Under the pieces are notes generated by a model, which was not told the DNA's origin, searched no databases, and saw nothing but the letters and a program-made list of their open reading frames with translations. The position numbers and the translations under genes are program-made. A stretch of 64,000 nucleotides of DNA from a virus (lineage: Duplodnaviria; Heunggongvirae; Uroviricota; Caudoviricetes), in the IMG/VR virus record IMGVR_UViG_3300037962_000518, positions 71,960-135,959 of that record. One strand, given 5' to 3'. Position 1 is the stretch's first letter. Every line of letters begins with the position of its first letter. This document shows positions 17,816 through 28,653 of the stretch, piece by piece.

Positions 17816-18015
17816 ATTTCTTCTGCAATAATAGTCTCCTTGGAATAGAGTATCAATATGTAATGGATATTGTAGCTTCTGAGGAGAATAAGATGTCTCT
17901 CGATGAAATATTAGAGTTACCATTCTATGAAATAGAGAATATAAAAATGGTACACGATATCATTAGCAGAGGAAAATTAGCCTCACAACTAGATAATAAA
18001 CCAAAAGAGAGCTAA
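17713..18015 (+). CDS. tail assembly chaperone T segment (-1 frame) or short ORF from ATG 17893
   Basis: T7 slippery run 17713-19; MSLDEILELP motif; GAGGAG RBS before 17893. Confidence 0.55.
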   Translation, partial: FFYREWYDERHPIESAESMGLKSGIHTRRHRDRVNFFCNNSLLGIEYQYVMDIVASEENKMSLDEILELPFYEIENIKMVHDIISRGKLASQLDNKPKES

Positions 18016-18016
18016 T

Positions 18017-21000
18017 ATGGGAAAATTTAATGATCTCTTAATTGAAATAGGGATTGATACCAAGCCAGCAATGGATAAGATTAATAAGTTGGATAAGGCA
18101 TTTGATGACTTAGGTAAATCTTTCCAAGCAGTAACTAGGAAAAAGCCTCCCAAAGATCAATTCAACCTTGGTGCAGAACGCGCTAAGATGCAAAGATTTA
18201 TAAGAGAATTAAAATCTCTTGGTGCAGAAACTGAAACATATCAGAAGCAATTAAAAGGATTAAAAAATGCTTCTCAATTTAAGAGTATGCAACAAGATTT
18301 AGCTAAGTATAAAAAGGATTTTCTAGCTTTTAAAGACGCTGAGAGTAAAGATAATCTCAAAACTGTCAAGGATAGACAAAAGGCTGAAACAAGGGCGAAC
18401 TCTGAGATTGAAAGAGCAAGGATAAAGCAAGCTCAAGATACAAATAAGAAGTTGACAGAAGAACATTCTAAAAAGTCTCCTGAACTTCAATCTATGAAGG
18501 AATTTTACCAACAACAAGAGCGTGAAGCAAGGAAAGGATCTCCTAAAGAAAAGAAACGTTCTCAAGCAGATATTAATAGGGAAAACTCCTTATTAAAACA
18601 GAAGAAGCTTTTAAAAGAGATTAAAGCTTTAAAATTAAAACCTGATTATGATAAGCTTGATACGATTGCTAAACAGAATACAGCTTTAGAAAGACAGATC
18701 AAGAAGTATAAAGCCATTGAAGAGTATTCTGAAAAAGCTGCTAGAAATATTTATAGATCAGAACAGTTTAGGAGCATGTCTCCCTCTGATCAAAGACAAG
18801 TTTCTAGACGTGTATCTCAAGCTCAATCAGACTTTAAAGTTACAGGTGATAAGGACGTATTCAGAACACTTAATAGGGATGTGAAATCTTTCCAACGTAG
18901 CTTGATAGGATTACAAACTGTACAAAATGGATTGTCCGATAGTACAAGGAATATGGTAAGAGCTTATGCTAGTTTATTTGCTCTTATAGAGGGTACTACT
19001 GCCATTAAGAATGTTGGTATGGACTTTCAAGGTATGGAAGCATCAATGTTAGCCTCTGCAGGTACTAGTGAGAAAGCAAGGAAGGATTTATCTTACATAA
19101 ATGATTTAGCTGATGAAATGGGTCTGAACCTTAAGAATACAACAGATGCTTATGTAAAATTGCAGTTTGCAACAAAAGGGAAGATTGATGATAAGCAAGT
19201 TAAGAATCTTTTCACAGGCTTAGCAGAATTTGGTACAGCTTTAAAAGTTGCACCAGAAAGTATGAAACTTGCACAACGTGCTTTTATGAGAAGGCACTTT
19301 CACTAGTAATAGTGTTATAAAACTGGGTTAATTGCGGGAAACCCCTTAGAGCTTTACAGTACTAACTATTGATGGTAACATGCAATAGGGCTAACAGTAA
19401 TGTGTTAGATATAGTAAAAATTTGTAAAGATTGGGCAATCCGCATCCACATTGGTGAGCTACTTTATTCTTAGAACCACTAATAGGATCAACGACTATCC
19501 GAAAGGAGTAAGCCGTAAGTTTATGACGGTTGAAAATCCAGCCCCTACTTAACTAGGGTGAAGATATAGTCTCTACTTCTATGGAAACATAGAGATGCAG
19601 GTAATGCTGCTGACAAGGATTTACGTACCTTGTTGAAGAAACAGATTTCACAAATGGCAAGCAAAAATCAAATAATGGCTGAGGAACTCAAGTCGCAACT
19701 TGCAGAACATCTCCCCGGCGCTATTCAAATATTCTCTAAGGCATTGAATGTAAACGAGAAAGAGTTGTTCAAGATGATGGAACAGGGACAACTAATAGCT
19801 TCTGAGGTGTTACCAAAAGTAGGTGACGAGTTTAGAAAAGCAGCAAGAGATGGCGGAGCTTATAAAAAGGCACTTGAAGGGTTACGTGTTACAGAAGGTC
19901 AATTCTCTACAGAGGTGCAAAGATCAGCAGATACAATATTTAAAAGTGGTTTCGAAAAAGGTCTGTCACAATTATATAAAGAACTATCTACTCAACTAAA
20001 AGGAACAACTTCATCACAAAAAGATCTCGGTAATATTTACAACAAATTCTTCAAACTTATAACTTTGGGGATAAAAGTTGTAACACCATTACTAGAGTCA
20101 CTGGTACAAATTGTATCTTTTTCAGTAGATGGGTTCTATGAGACAGCAAAAGGAATTGGTACAGCAACTGATAATCTTAAAACAATGTCACCAGCGTTAT
20201 ATGATGCTGCTAAGGCTGTCGGAGTTTTAGCTTTTGCTTTTAATACCTTATTAGGTAAAGTATTGGTTGTTTTTGGTGCATTACAGGAGATTGTTTCACT
20301 CTTCAATGATGACCTAGTAGGTAAGCTTGAGCAGCAAATGGGTAAACAAATAAACCTTAAAACCATGCGTCAAGAAGTAGTAGTTGAAACGAAAGAAGGA
20401 ATTTTCTCAGGAGAGGATTACGCATTTAATGTTAATCTAAAAGTTGATAAAGATTTGAAATCCTTCGAGGACATCAACAAATTTTTAGAAGATAACAATC
20501 TTACAGCAACAGGTTTTGCAGAAAGCATGGGAATGAAAGTTGCAGACCTAAAAACTTCTGTTGAAAATGGTTTATCTGACTCTATTAAAACAGCTCTCAA
20601 GACATACACCCTTGATGAAAACATGAAGGAACAAGCTGAAAAACTAGGTGGGAGCTTCGAAGAACTTATTACTAGTGTTGAAGATGGTGCTCTATCTTTA
20701 AAAGAGTTCTCATCTGTTGTCAGAGGCATTTCTAAAGGTATAGCGGACTCGGATGGTGTTATTGCTGCTGTAAGTGGTCTATCTTTAGAATTAATACTAG
20801 CTGTAGCGGCACTAGTTTCATTCAAGAAAGGTCTTGGAAGCATTGCAGAGAAAATCTTTGGTATCAAATCCCCTGATAAAGCTGTTAAAAATACATCTAA
20901 GTCAGGAGGTTATATGAAAGAGCTTTTAGCTTTCTTAACTAACCCAACAACCATAGCATCGGGAGCACTAGCAGCCCCAGTGCTGTATTCCGCTGCTAAG

Positions 21001-21279
21001 ATGTCCGAAGATCCTACCGCATCTTTAGAGTCTATAAAAGAGAGTGGTTTATATTCTGGAAGATTTAATCAAGCTAACAGATTTATGGAAGCTCAACAAC
21101 GTCAACAACTACAAAACTCTGTGAATCAAACAATCAACCTTAGTGGTTTTGAGATACCTATTACAATCACTAACCCTTCTGACTTAGATGAAGCTAGAAG
21201 AGCAGGGCAAGCTGCTAGTGAAGCATTCTCATCGACACTAGAAGACAGATTAAGTAGTTTACTTAAAGGAGGTAGATAA
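18017..21279 (+). CDS. tape measure protein, spliced (exons 18017-19282 + 19645-21279; 966 aa)
   Basis: splicing restores QRA-ISQMASKNQIMAEELKSQLAE tape-measure motif. Confidence 0.9.
19283..19644 (+). ncRNA. ORF-less group I intron in tape measure gene
   Basis: P AAUUGCGGGAAA, Q AAUCCGCAUCC, R GAUCAACGACUA, S AAGAUAUAGUCU; P1 GUGCU/GGCAC; P10 UUUCA/UGAGA. Confidence 0.93.
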
Positions 21280-21821
21280 TGGGTTGGTTTTATATAACAG
21301 TAGAGGATACTGCGGAAATATACGAGCTTTCTGTTACGGATAATATTAAGGTAAGTGGCGATACCAAAATAAGTTCAAATAAAACAGAAGTTAGAACCGT
21401 TGTTTCTGATAACGCAGTTGCCTATAATCAAGTAATAAGTTATAATGGTATCATATCTTCTATAAGATCAATCGGGGCAAAATCAGGAAGTTTATCAACA
21501 GCAGAGGATTACCTTGAGGGGTTGGAATCTGTCAGAAAAGGTAAACTTTTTATAACTTGTAATTTAGATGACAGGTTAGACCCGATAAACAATTGTCTTA
21601 TAGAAAAGTTATCGTTTAGCAAATCTGAATCTGAAGGAAGGTCTTCTTGGAGAGTTGAATTAACTTGCAAACAGATAAGAACTACTGAGGCGGCAGAGGA
21701 AACAAGAATCCCTGCCCCAGTAAGTAAGGATACTACTTCAGAAACAGAAGATGGTGGTAATGCTCCTACACAGTATAGAGCACCTAAAGCAACAACAATC
21801 CCAGTAACATTAACAGGATAA
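21279..21821 (+). CDS. baseplate hub / tail tube initiator
   Basis: position after TMP; VSDNAV..ISYNGII. Confidence 0.6.
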   Translation: MGWFYITVEDTAEIYELSVTDNIKVSGDTKISSNKTEVRTVVSDNAVAYNQVISYNGIISSIRSIGAKSGSLSTAEDYLEGLESVRKGKLFITCNLDDRLDPINNCLIEKLSFSKSESEGRSSWRVELTCKQIRTTEAAEETRIPAPVSKDTTSETEDGGNAPTQYRAPKATTIPVTLTG

Positions 21822-21831
21822 GGAGTAATTT

Positions 21832-22173
21832 ATGGCTCTTGGAATAGGATTGTTAGACGCTGCATCTTCCAAGCAAACAGTCACTTTAAAAAAGAAAACC
21901 TATACACTAAAGTTCATATATAACTCAAGATTTGATTATTGGACAATATCTATCTTCGATTCAAAAGGGGATAGTATATTACTAGGTGAAAAGGCTATGC
22001 CGAATAAGGAACTATTGACAAGGTATTCTCTTGATGATGTATTAGGAGGTTACCTTTCAATAGAGTCTTTCTTAGAGAGTAGAGTTAGTAGAAATAACTT
22101 TGGTTTAAATAAAACACATACACTAGTGTTCTCAACTACAGAGGAGGTGGAAGAAGCGAATGGCACAGTTTGA
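21832..22173 (+). CDS. baseplate plug-like protein
   Basis: YTLKFIYNSRFDYWTISI pattern. Confidence 0.65.
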   Translation: MALGIGLLDAASSKQTVTLKKKTYTLKFIYNSRFDYWTISIFDSKGDSILLGEKAMPNKELLTRYSLDDVLGGYLSIESFLESRVSRNNFGLNKTHTLVFSTTEEVEEANGTV

Positions 22174-23137
22174 TAGAAAGTATGAACTGATCATTTCATC
22201 ACCTCCAGTTATAGATAGCACTGCTAAAAATATAACCCCTCAAGATACGTCTAAAATAGTCACTAAGGAAGGTGACTTTAGGACGGTAGATGAACTTGAT
22301 GCAAAGATTTTTACTGAATTACAGTTAACATGTACAGTAGGAAGTCTTAATAAGAAAGGGTCTTCTCAAACATCTAATATAGAAGTTAAGGGTATGTCAG
22401 ATGATAATTTGAGGTTTATCAGGAAAAATGGTGTCGTAATATTAAAGGGAGCTTACAAAGATACTCCCTCATTACCTATCCTCTTAGCGGGGCAAATTGT
22501 CAAGAAAGAGGTTGATACTTCTGGTGATACTAGCTCTATAAAGATTTCAATTTCTGACGGATATATCCCCACTTCCAGTGTAAAGGTGAGTAGAGATTAC
22601 CCCGACAAGGTTTCATATTTAGCTATACTTCAAGATTTAGCAAACATTTATGCTGAGAATGGTATACCTTTAGGGAGAGACTTAGGTTCTTTAGAAACTC
22701 TGCAAGGTGTAGGGGTTGACCTTCCAGCAGACCAAATAAAATTAGAAAATGGTTATAATCTTGTTGGATATTTAGATACTTGCTTAGGCAAGGTTTGTAA
22801 AGAATGTGGGTTCACTTATTACTTATCTAGTTCAAAATTATATATTGAACCTGAAAACTACACACAAACAGTAAGTAACTTTACATTTACAAATGATCAG
22901 ATACTTTCACTAAAAGAGTCAACAGTATCAACAAATAACAACGCTAAAGATAACCAAGAACAAAATACTGGTTACATTTTAAAAACTTATCTTGATGGAA
23001 GAATAGAAGTAGGAAGCTTTATAACTCTTACTGTTGAAGGTGAATCTAAAGGATCTTTCAAAGTAGTTAAGGTTACTCACAATTTAAACTATGAAGGTGA
23101 AGAGTGGTTTACCACAATGGAGTTACAAAATGTCTGA
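22160..23137 (+). CDS. baseplate hub protein (gp27-like)
   Basis: RKYELII..GQIVKK..LDGRIEVGS..FKVVKVTH..W. Confidence 0.7.
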   Translation: MAQFDRKYELIISSPPVIDSTAKNITPQDTSKIVTKEGDFRTVDELDAKIFTELQLTCTVGSLNKKGSSQTSNIEVKGMSDDNLRFIRKNGVVILKGAYKDTPSLPILLAGQIVKKEVDTSGDTSSIKISISDGYIPTSSVKVSRDYPDKVSYLAILQDLANIYAENGIPLGRDLGSLETLQGVGVDLPADQIKLENGYNLVGYLDTCLGKVCKECGFTYYLSSSKLYIEPENYTQTVSNFTFTNDQILSLKESTVSTNNNAKDNQEQNTGYILKTYLDGRIEVGSFITLTVEGESKGSFKVVKVTHNLNYEGEEWFTTMELQNV

Positions 23138-23981
23138 TGCAAATATTGTACTAGAATTAATAGATGAACGTATCTCAGATAACAACACACAAATGTTCAC
23201 CAGCTTTCCAGCAAGAGTTATAACCTATAGTAATCAATTCTGTACAGTTAAACCCTGTGTTAGATTTAGGTATAGAGATGGAGACACAGTTGAGGTTGGC
23301 AACATTACAAATGTCCCAGTAAAGTTTCCTAGTGGTGGAGGTGTTATATCCTCTTATCCTATTAAAGAGGGTGACACTGTTTGGATAGATTGCTCGATGG
23401 TGGCATTGGATGAATGGTTAACAAAATATCAGGAAGTTCTTACACCTTCTACAAGACGTTCTCACGCACTTAAAGATGCTACCGCTACACCATGTCTATA
23501 TAGTAAGGATAAGTTGCTTGGAGTGAGCGATACTAACTATGAGACAGTTTTTCACAAGGTAGATGAGAATGGTAAGTCTCAAGAAATCATCTCCAAAATG
23601 ACAATGACCCCAGAAGGGGATATCTGGTTAGAAGGTGTTCAGAAGAAAACATCTGTAAAGTTAAATACGGATAAAAGTATTGTTATTGAAACAGAAGACG
23701 CTGGGACATCATTAACCTTTGATTCAGAAGGTAATACAGTTTTAGAAGATGGTAATGGTAACAAGGTTACTACATCAAGTGGCAGAGTGGAAGTTGAAAG
23801 TACAGGGAAGATTGTCCTGACAAACGGTAGTGAAGAAGTTGTTTCTTTATTACAAGAGTTAGCTGCTCTCCTTGGTAACACAGGTAAAACAACTACTATT
23901 GTAGGAGGAAGCCCAGTACCACTTACAAACGCTGCTGAATTCACAGCAATAGCAAGTAGAATAAATTCATTAAAAGGTTAG
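23130..23981 (+). CDS. baseplate spike / puncturing protein
   Basis: FPARVI..VPVKFPSGGG..PIKEGD..RRSHALKDA. Confidence 0.75.
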   Translation: MSDANIVLELIDERISDNNTQMFTSFPARVITYSNQFCTVKPCVRFRYRDGDTVEVGNITNVPVKFPSGGGVISSYPIKEGDTVWIDCSMVALDEWLTKYQEVLTPSTRRSHALKDATATPCLYSKDKLLGVSDTNYETVFHKVDENGKSQEIISKMTMTPEGDIWLEGVQKKTSVKLNTDKSIVIETEDAGTSLTFDSEGNTVLEDGNGNKVTTSSGRVEVESTGKIVLTNGSEEVVSLLQELAALLGNTGKTTTIVGGSPVPLTNAAEFTAIASRINSLKG

Positions 23982-23985
23982 AATA

Positions 23986-24348
23986 ATGTCATATGATTAT
24001 TTACTTAAAGACGGAGATATAGTTGTAACTCCAGAAGGTGACCTAACCTTAGCAACAACCAAACTTGAACTAGCAAGGCAAAGTGTACTTATAAATCTAA
24101 CAACTATCCTTACGGAGTGGTTTCTTGACCAAACAGAGGGTATTGATTGGATTGGTATTCTCTCTAGAAGAAATAATAAAACAGAGGTAGATCTTGCCAT
24201 TAAAGGCGCTATAAAGAAATCTACTTATGTCACTAGAATAACTTACTATGAGACAGATTTCAATAAAACAACAAATAAATATTCAGTAAGTTTCAAAGCT
24301 TTGATAGAAACAGGAGAAGTCCTGACAGTAAATAATTTGGAGATTTAA
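23986..24348 (+). CDS. baseplate wedge (gp25-like) protein
   Basis: L.T..TEWFLD..EGIDW motif. Confidence 0.7.
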   Translation: MSYDYLLKDGDIVVTPEGDLTLATTKLELARQSVLINLTTILTEWFLDQTEGIDWIGILSRRNNKTEVDLAIKGAIKKSTYVTRITYYETDFNKTTNKYSVSFKALIETGEVLTVNNLEI

Positions 24349-24349
24349 T

Positions 24350-25807
24350 ATGGCAGGTTTAACCTCAACAGGTTATGAAGCTAAGAGGTTTAGAGATTTA
24401 GTAGAGGATGTTCAGCAAAGCCTACAAGACAATAACAGTAATATTATCATTACAGACACTTCTAATAAAGTAGTTAACAATATTGTAAATCCTATTCTTT
24501 TAGCTATTGCAGAAGCTTACGAGCTTGGTGAAGAACTGTGGAACTCTTTTGATTTAGATAATGCAGAAGGTGTTGCACTAGATAGACTAGCAGGGTTCTT
24601 CAACACTAAAAGAAAGACAGATGAGTATTCAACAGGGTATGTAGAGTTTTTCCAAAATGGAGATGGGAATGTAACAACATCTACACTAATACAAAACACA
24701 TCTGGACAAAACATATATTCCCTAGAGACAAGAGCATTAAATAAAAACCTAATTAGGTCATTCACTATTGATTACAGTGGAAGCACAGTTGTTGTTGGTG
24801 AGAGGTATTATATCACCATTGGCAATGACAGTTTCTCGTATGAAGCTACTGCATCAGATAGTTTAACAACTGTATACTCTGTATTGAAATCTCAGATTGA
24901 TGCTACAGGAGATTACACAACTGAAGCAGGAACAGGTTTCCTAAGTGTTAAAGTAAACACTATTGAAAATCAAGTGTTTTCTACAAATACAGATACAGTT
25001 GTTAGTAGATTCTCAACTCTAGTTCTATTTAGAGCTGAAGTTGTTGGAGATGTTGTAATAAACAGCGGTACAGCAACTAACTTATTAAGCAGTGTAAGTG
25101 GTAATATCTCTGTCACCAACCCAACAAATTTTGACAGAGGTTCATTACAAGAGAGTGATGAGTCTTTAAGGTCAAGATTGAAAGGATTATCTTCTGTAAT
25201 TGGTAAAGCAACTCCAGACGCATTACTGAAAAACATCTCAGAAGTTACAGGAGTAGATAGTGTATCACTAAGTATCAATAACACGATACTACCATTTAGT
25301 AATGGACAACCTCCTAAGTCTTATGAAGCTGTTGTAGTTGGTGGTAAAGATATCGATATAGCACAATCAATCTTAGATACTGGTGGAGCAGGTATTAGAA
25401 CATTTGGGAATATACAACTAGGAGTTGAAGGTTCTCAGGGTGGTGTATATCCTATCTCATTTACAAGACCTGAAAATGTCTATATTTTCTTGAAAGTAGA
25501 ATTTGAAAGGTATGAAGAGTTTAATAAGTTCCCTGTTAATGGCGATGAGCTGATAAGAAATGCCTTAGTAGAATACTCAAAATCCTTAAAACCAAACCAA
25601 GACTTAATACCTTCTAGTCTAAATAGTGTTATTTATAATGCCGTTGTTGGTATTGGAGAAGTTAGGGTTACTGCTAGCTATTCTAAATCTCAAACAGATA
25701 TATCCCCTGTAGGTGAATATACTCAGGACAGAGTAGAAGTGGGAAGCCGAGAATTAGCACTAATAACATCTAACAGAACTATCGTCACAGAAACTAATAT
25801 AAATTAA
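24350..25807 (+). CDS. baseplate J-like wedge protein
   Basis: AEGVALDRLA..ESDESLRSR..NGQPPKSYEAVVVGG. Confidence 0.85.
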   Translation: MAGLTSTGYEAKRFRDLVEDVQQSLQDNNSNIIITDTSNKVVNNIVNPILLAIAEAYELGEELWNSFDLDNAEGVALDRLAGFFNTKRKTDEYSTGYVEFFQNGDGNVTTSTLIQNTSGQNIYSLETRALNKNLIRSFTIDYSGSTVVVGERYYITIGNDSFSYEATASDSLTTVYSVLKSQIDATGDYTTEAGTGFLSVKVNTIENQVFSTNTDTVVSRFSTLVLFRAEVVGDVVINSGTATNLLSSVSGNISVTNPTNFDRGSLQESDESLRSRLKGLSSVIGKATPDALLKNISEVTGVDSVSLSINNTILPFSNGQPPKSYEAVVVGGKDIDIAQSILDTGGAGIRTFGNIQLGVEGSQGGVYPISFTRPENVYIFLKVEFERYEEFNKFPVNGDELIRNALVEYSKSLKPNQDLIPSSLNSVIYNAVVGIGEVRVTASYSKSQTDISPVGEYTQDRVEVGSRELALITSNRTIVTETNIN

Positions 25808-25817
25808 AGGAGGTGTT

Positions 25818-26600
25818 GTGGATATTTCAAAAGACCAAACATCTCAAATAGAAAAGATCCTCTACAGATTCAAAGATTCTAAAAATATTACAGATTTGAT
25901 GGTATCTCTTTTACAAGAGGTATCTATTTTAGAGGATACCTTTTCAAGTTTATATAATAACAGAAACATTGGTGATGCAGTAGGTGTACAGCTAGATCAA
26001 ATAGGTAAGATTGTCGGAGAAGCTAGGATAGGGAGAGATGATGATTCCTATAGGGTGGCAATATCTGTAAGAACTATTATCAATAAAAGTAGTGGCACTA
26101 TCTCTGATATAGAAGAAATTCTAACGGAAGTTGAAAGTCCTTATTTTATTCAGATATTTATGCACGAACCTGCAAGTATATACATCTATATAAAAACCCC
26201 CGAAATACCAGCCACAGAGTTGAAGGATCTTATACAAGAGGCACTTCCTGCAGGTGTTAGTTTAGGGTACATAGGTTATTGTGCGGATGAGGAGTTATTA
26301 GAAACAAATGAAGATTTACCAGAATATTATGAACTTGGCTTCTTAGAGTTAGGTGGCGGTGAACTTGATATTATAGATCCTTCTTTACAACCGATATTAA
26401 ATGCCTTTACCCCGTATGATAAAGTGTATACAGATGATTTCTTAGATTTGAGTGATGATAGTATTCTAATACTCTCTAATGAAACACCGCTAATATTGAG
26501 TGTAGAAACGGATGCTGACTATATAGAAGAATCTTATTTAGCAGAAGACCCTTTGTACGAAGAAGGTGCATTACATTCAAGACCAATAGAAAATTTATAA
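25818..26600 (+). CDS. baseplate wedge protein
   Basis: AVGVQLDQIGKIVG..R..DDDSYR; LPAGV. Confidence 0.75.
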   Translation: MDISKDQTSQIEKILYRFKDSKNITDLMVSLLQEVSILEDTFSSLYNNRNIGDAVGVQLDQIGKIVGEARIGRDDDSYRVAISVRTIINKSSGTISDIEEILTEVESPYFIQIFMHEPASIYIYIKTPEIPATELKDLIQEALPAGVSLGYIGYCADEELLETNEDLPEYYELGFLELGGGELDIIDPSLQPILNAFTPYDKVYTDDFLDLSDDSILILSNETPLILSVETDADYIEESYLAEDPLYEEGALHSRPIENL

Positions 26601-26613
26601 GTTAAGGTATAAC

Positions 26614-28170
26614 ATGGCAACAAGACCAACGGATAAACCTAAGTGGGCTTCTGTATTAGAAAATGATATTATAACAGGTGCTCCAAATAAAGAAAAACCT
26701 TCCTCAGAATATGAGGTATCAGGTAATAAAAGAAAACAACCGATATTAAGATCTCACTTTAACTGGATTCTTGATAATATTTCAAAGTGGATAGATTACT
26801 TAGATACAGTTAACAATACTATTGTAGTAGATACAGTGGTGTATGTGTCTGTAACAGGATCAGATATTGTAGGTGACGGTACTATACTTAACCCCTATGC
26901 TACACCACATAAAGCTTTAGAATCGTTACAAGGGCAACCTATAGCAGATGACGTTACAGTCACTATACAATGCTTAGGAGGTGAATACACTTTCCTAACA
27001 CCACTTGTTATAGAACACCCTTACAGTGAAAAGATAGTCATAAATGGGGATGCTCTTACAGGGGTTAAACCACAAGGTGCAGTAGTTTCCGATTGGAGTA
27101 GTGATAAGACTTCTCCTGTAGTGCCGTCAAGAGGTACTAATCAATTTTATAATACTGCAGGTTCTCTATCAGTTTTAGCAGATACCGCTATAAGACAAGC
27201 AGCTATAACATCCGACCTAACCAATAATAAAGCTTTAGTTAATACAAGATATTCAACAGTATTCAATTTTAACGGATGTGACGGTATTGTAGGTTCTATA
27301 GGTAACCTAGATAATATAGCTTTGGTAGGTGATTGGGATGGGAGTTTTTCTTCTGATCCTAAAGATTTACGGGGTATTTATAACAGCGGTAACAATCCTA
27401 TCAGCCTAGGTAGTAATGTAACTCTAATTGGCTGGGATGGTGATGCTGTAGTCCTTTCTAATTCTAGCTCATTAAAAGCAGAGACGAGTTTAAATGTGGT
27501 TAATAATCACGGGAACGGTGCTGTTATTAGAAACAATAGTTCTCTTGAAGCAAAAAGTATAAACATTATCGGTAATGGTGCTAAAGGAGTTTATACAAGC
27601 AATAATGGAAGTTTTAGTGCTGAATCTAGTTTATCTACAGGCAATATTCTTGACGGACTATCTGTATTCAATAACAGTAGTTGCTTAGTGGACACGGTGA
27701 TTATCTGTGGTAATGGTGATGACGGACTTAACTTGACACTCAATAGTTCATCAGAAATTATTGGAAGCAGTTTTACAGGTAATGGTAAGAATGGTAAGTC
27801 TTTATCTGACGGCTCTACTTGCAATGATTCTGGTTCTATTTCTAGAGATAATTCATTATCAGGGGTCATATCTTCGAATGCTGCTGGTTCTATAAATGAT
27901 ACAAATACTTTGTACGAGAATAATGAGCAAGGTATTACTCTAGAAGATGGAAGCACAGGGGTAACGACAAATACCACAATTATTAATAATACAAGTGATG
28001 TTGTTACTGCAAGAAACTCTTATCTGAAGATGGTGTCTCCTAATATGTTATCTGGTGGGACGGTTACTGCTACTAAACGTTCTTATATAAACACTGATTC
28101 TGTCTCAGGGGTAGTTTACACACCTACTTACGGTTCAGAAGGTACAGATGGCTCTTTGATAGATAATTAA
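26614..28170 (+). CDS. tail fibre/spike with right-handed beta-helix
   Basis: KPKWA..HFNWIL N-terminal anchor; periodic GN.xG repeats. Confidence 0.75.
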   Translation: MATRPTDKPKWASVLENDIITGAPNKEKPSSEYEVSGNKRKQPILRSHFNWILDNISKWIDYLDTVNNTIVVDTVVYVSVTGSDIVGDGTILNPYATPHKALESLQGQPIADDVTVTIQCLGGEYTFLTPLVIEHPYSEKIVINGDALTGVKPQGAVVSDWSSDKTSPVVPSRGTNQFYNTAGSLSVLADTAIRQAAITSDLTNNKALVNTRYSTVFNFNGCDGIVGSIGNLDNIALVGDWDGSFSSDPKDLRGIYNSGNNPISLGSNVTLIGWDGDAVVLSNSSSLKAETSLNVVNNHGNGAVIRNNSSLEAKSINIIGNGAKGVYTSNNGSFSAESSLSTGNILDGLSVFNNSSCLVDTVIICGNGDDGLNLTLNSSSEIIGSSFTGNGKNGKSLSDGSTCNDSGSISRDNSLSGVISSNAAGSINDTNTLYENNEQGITLEDGSTGVTTNTTIINNTSDVVTARNSYLKMVSPNMLSGGTVTATKRSYINTDSVSGVVYTPTYGSEGTDGSLIDN

Positions 28171-28178
28171 GGCGAACA

Positions 28179-28652
28179 ATGAGTAAATTAAATGAACTTC
28201 CAGAGGAGTTATCTCCTTTGGATGAGGATATTTTCCTAGTTAGGGATATATCTTTAAGTATAGATAAGAAGGTTACAAAAGAGAATCTTCTAAAGCAAGT
28301 TACCGATGAATTAGATAATGTTGGTGTAACAATAGCAGAAATACAAGACGACTTAACAGATTTATCTAAGGTCAATTCTGTAGCTTTAAATGGTGAACTA
28401 AATATTACACAGTTAAATATTCTAGAAGATACATCAGCATATACACTTCCTTCTCTGGAAAATGTCCCTGATGATATGGCTGTGTACATCTTAGTACCAG
28501 AAAATGCAAAGAATGAGAGTCAATCCATCTCATCTGTTAATGGAGATACTATTATTTCATCTACTACTACAGATACTTCGTTATTGTTTGATGAAGGTGT
28601 ATGGGGATCAATAGTAGTGTATAAACACAGTAGTACGGAATGGAGGATTTAA
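28179..28652 (+). CDS. tail-fibre-associated protein
   Basis: MSKLNELPE..DEDIFLVRD..KKVTKENL adaptor-like N-terminus. Confidence 0.55.
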   Translation: MSKLNELPEELSPLDEDIFLVRDISLSIDKKVTKENLLKQVTDELDNVGVTIAEIQDDLTDLSKVNSVALNGELNITQLNILEDTSAYTLPSLENVPDDMAVYILVPENAKNESQSISSVNGDTIISSTTTDTSLLFDEGVWGSIVVYKHSSTEWRI

Positions 28653-28653
28653 T

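Noticed and set aside
15340-19644. Cross-splicing/exon skipping between the sheath and TMP introns
   Set aside because: A strong terminator at 17210-34 separates them and each intron has its own matching P1/P10; no positive evidence.
19630-21279. Independent 549-aa gene starting at TTG 19630
   Set aside because: The start lies inside the intron with no RBS; it is exon 2 of the tape measure gene.
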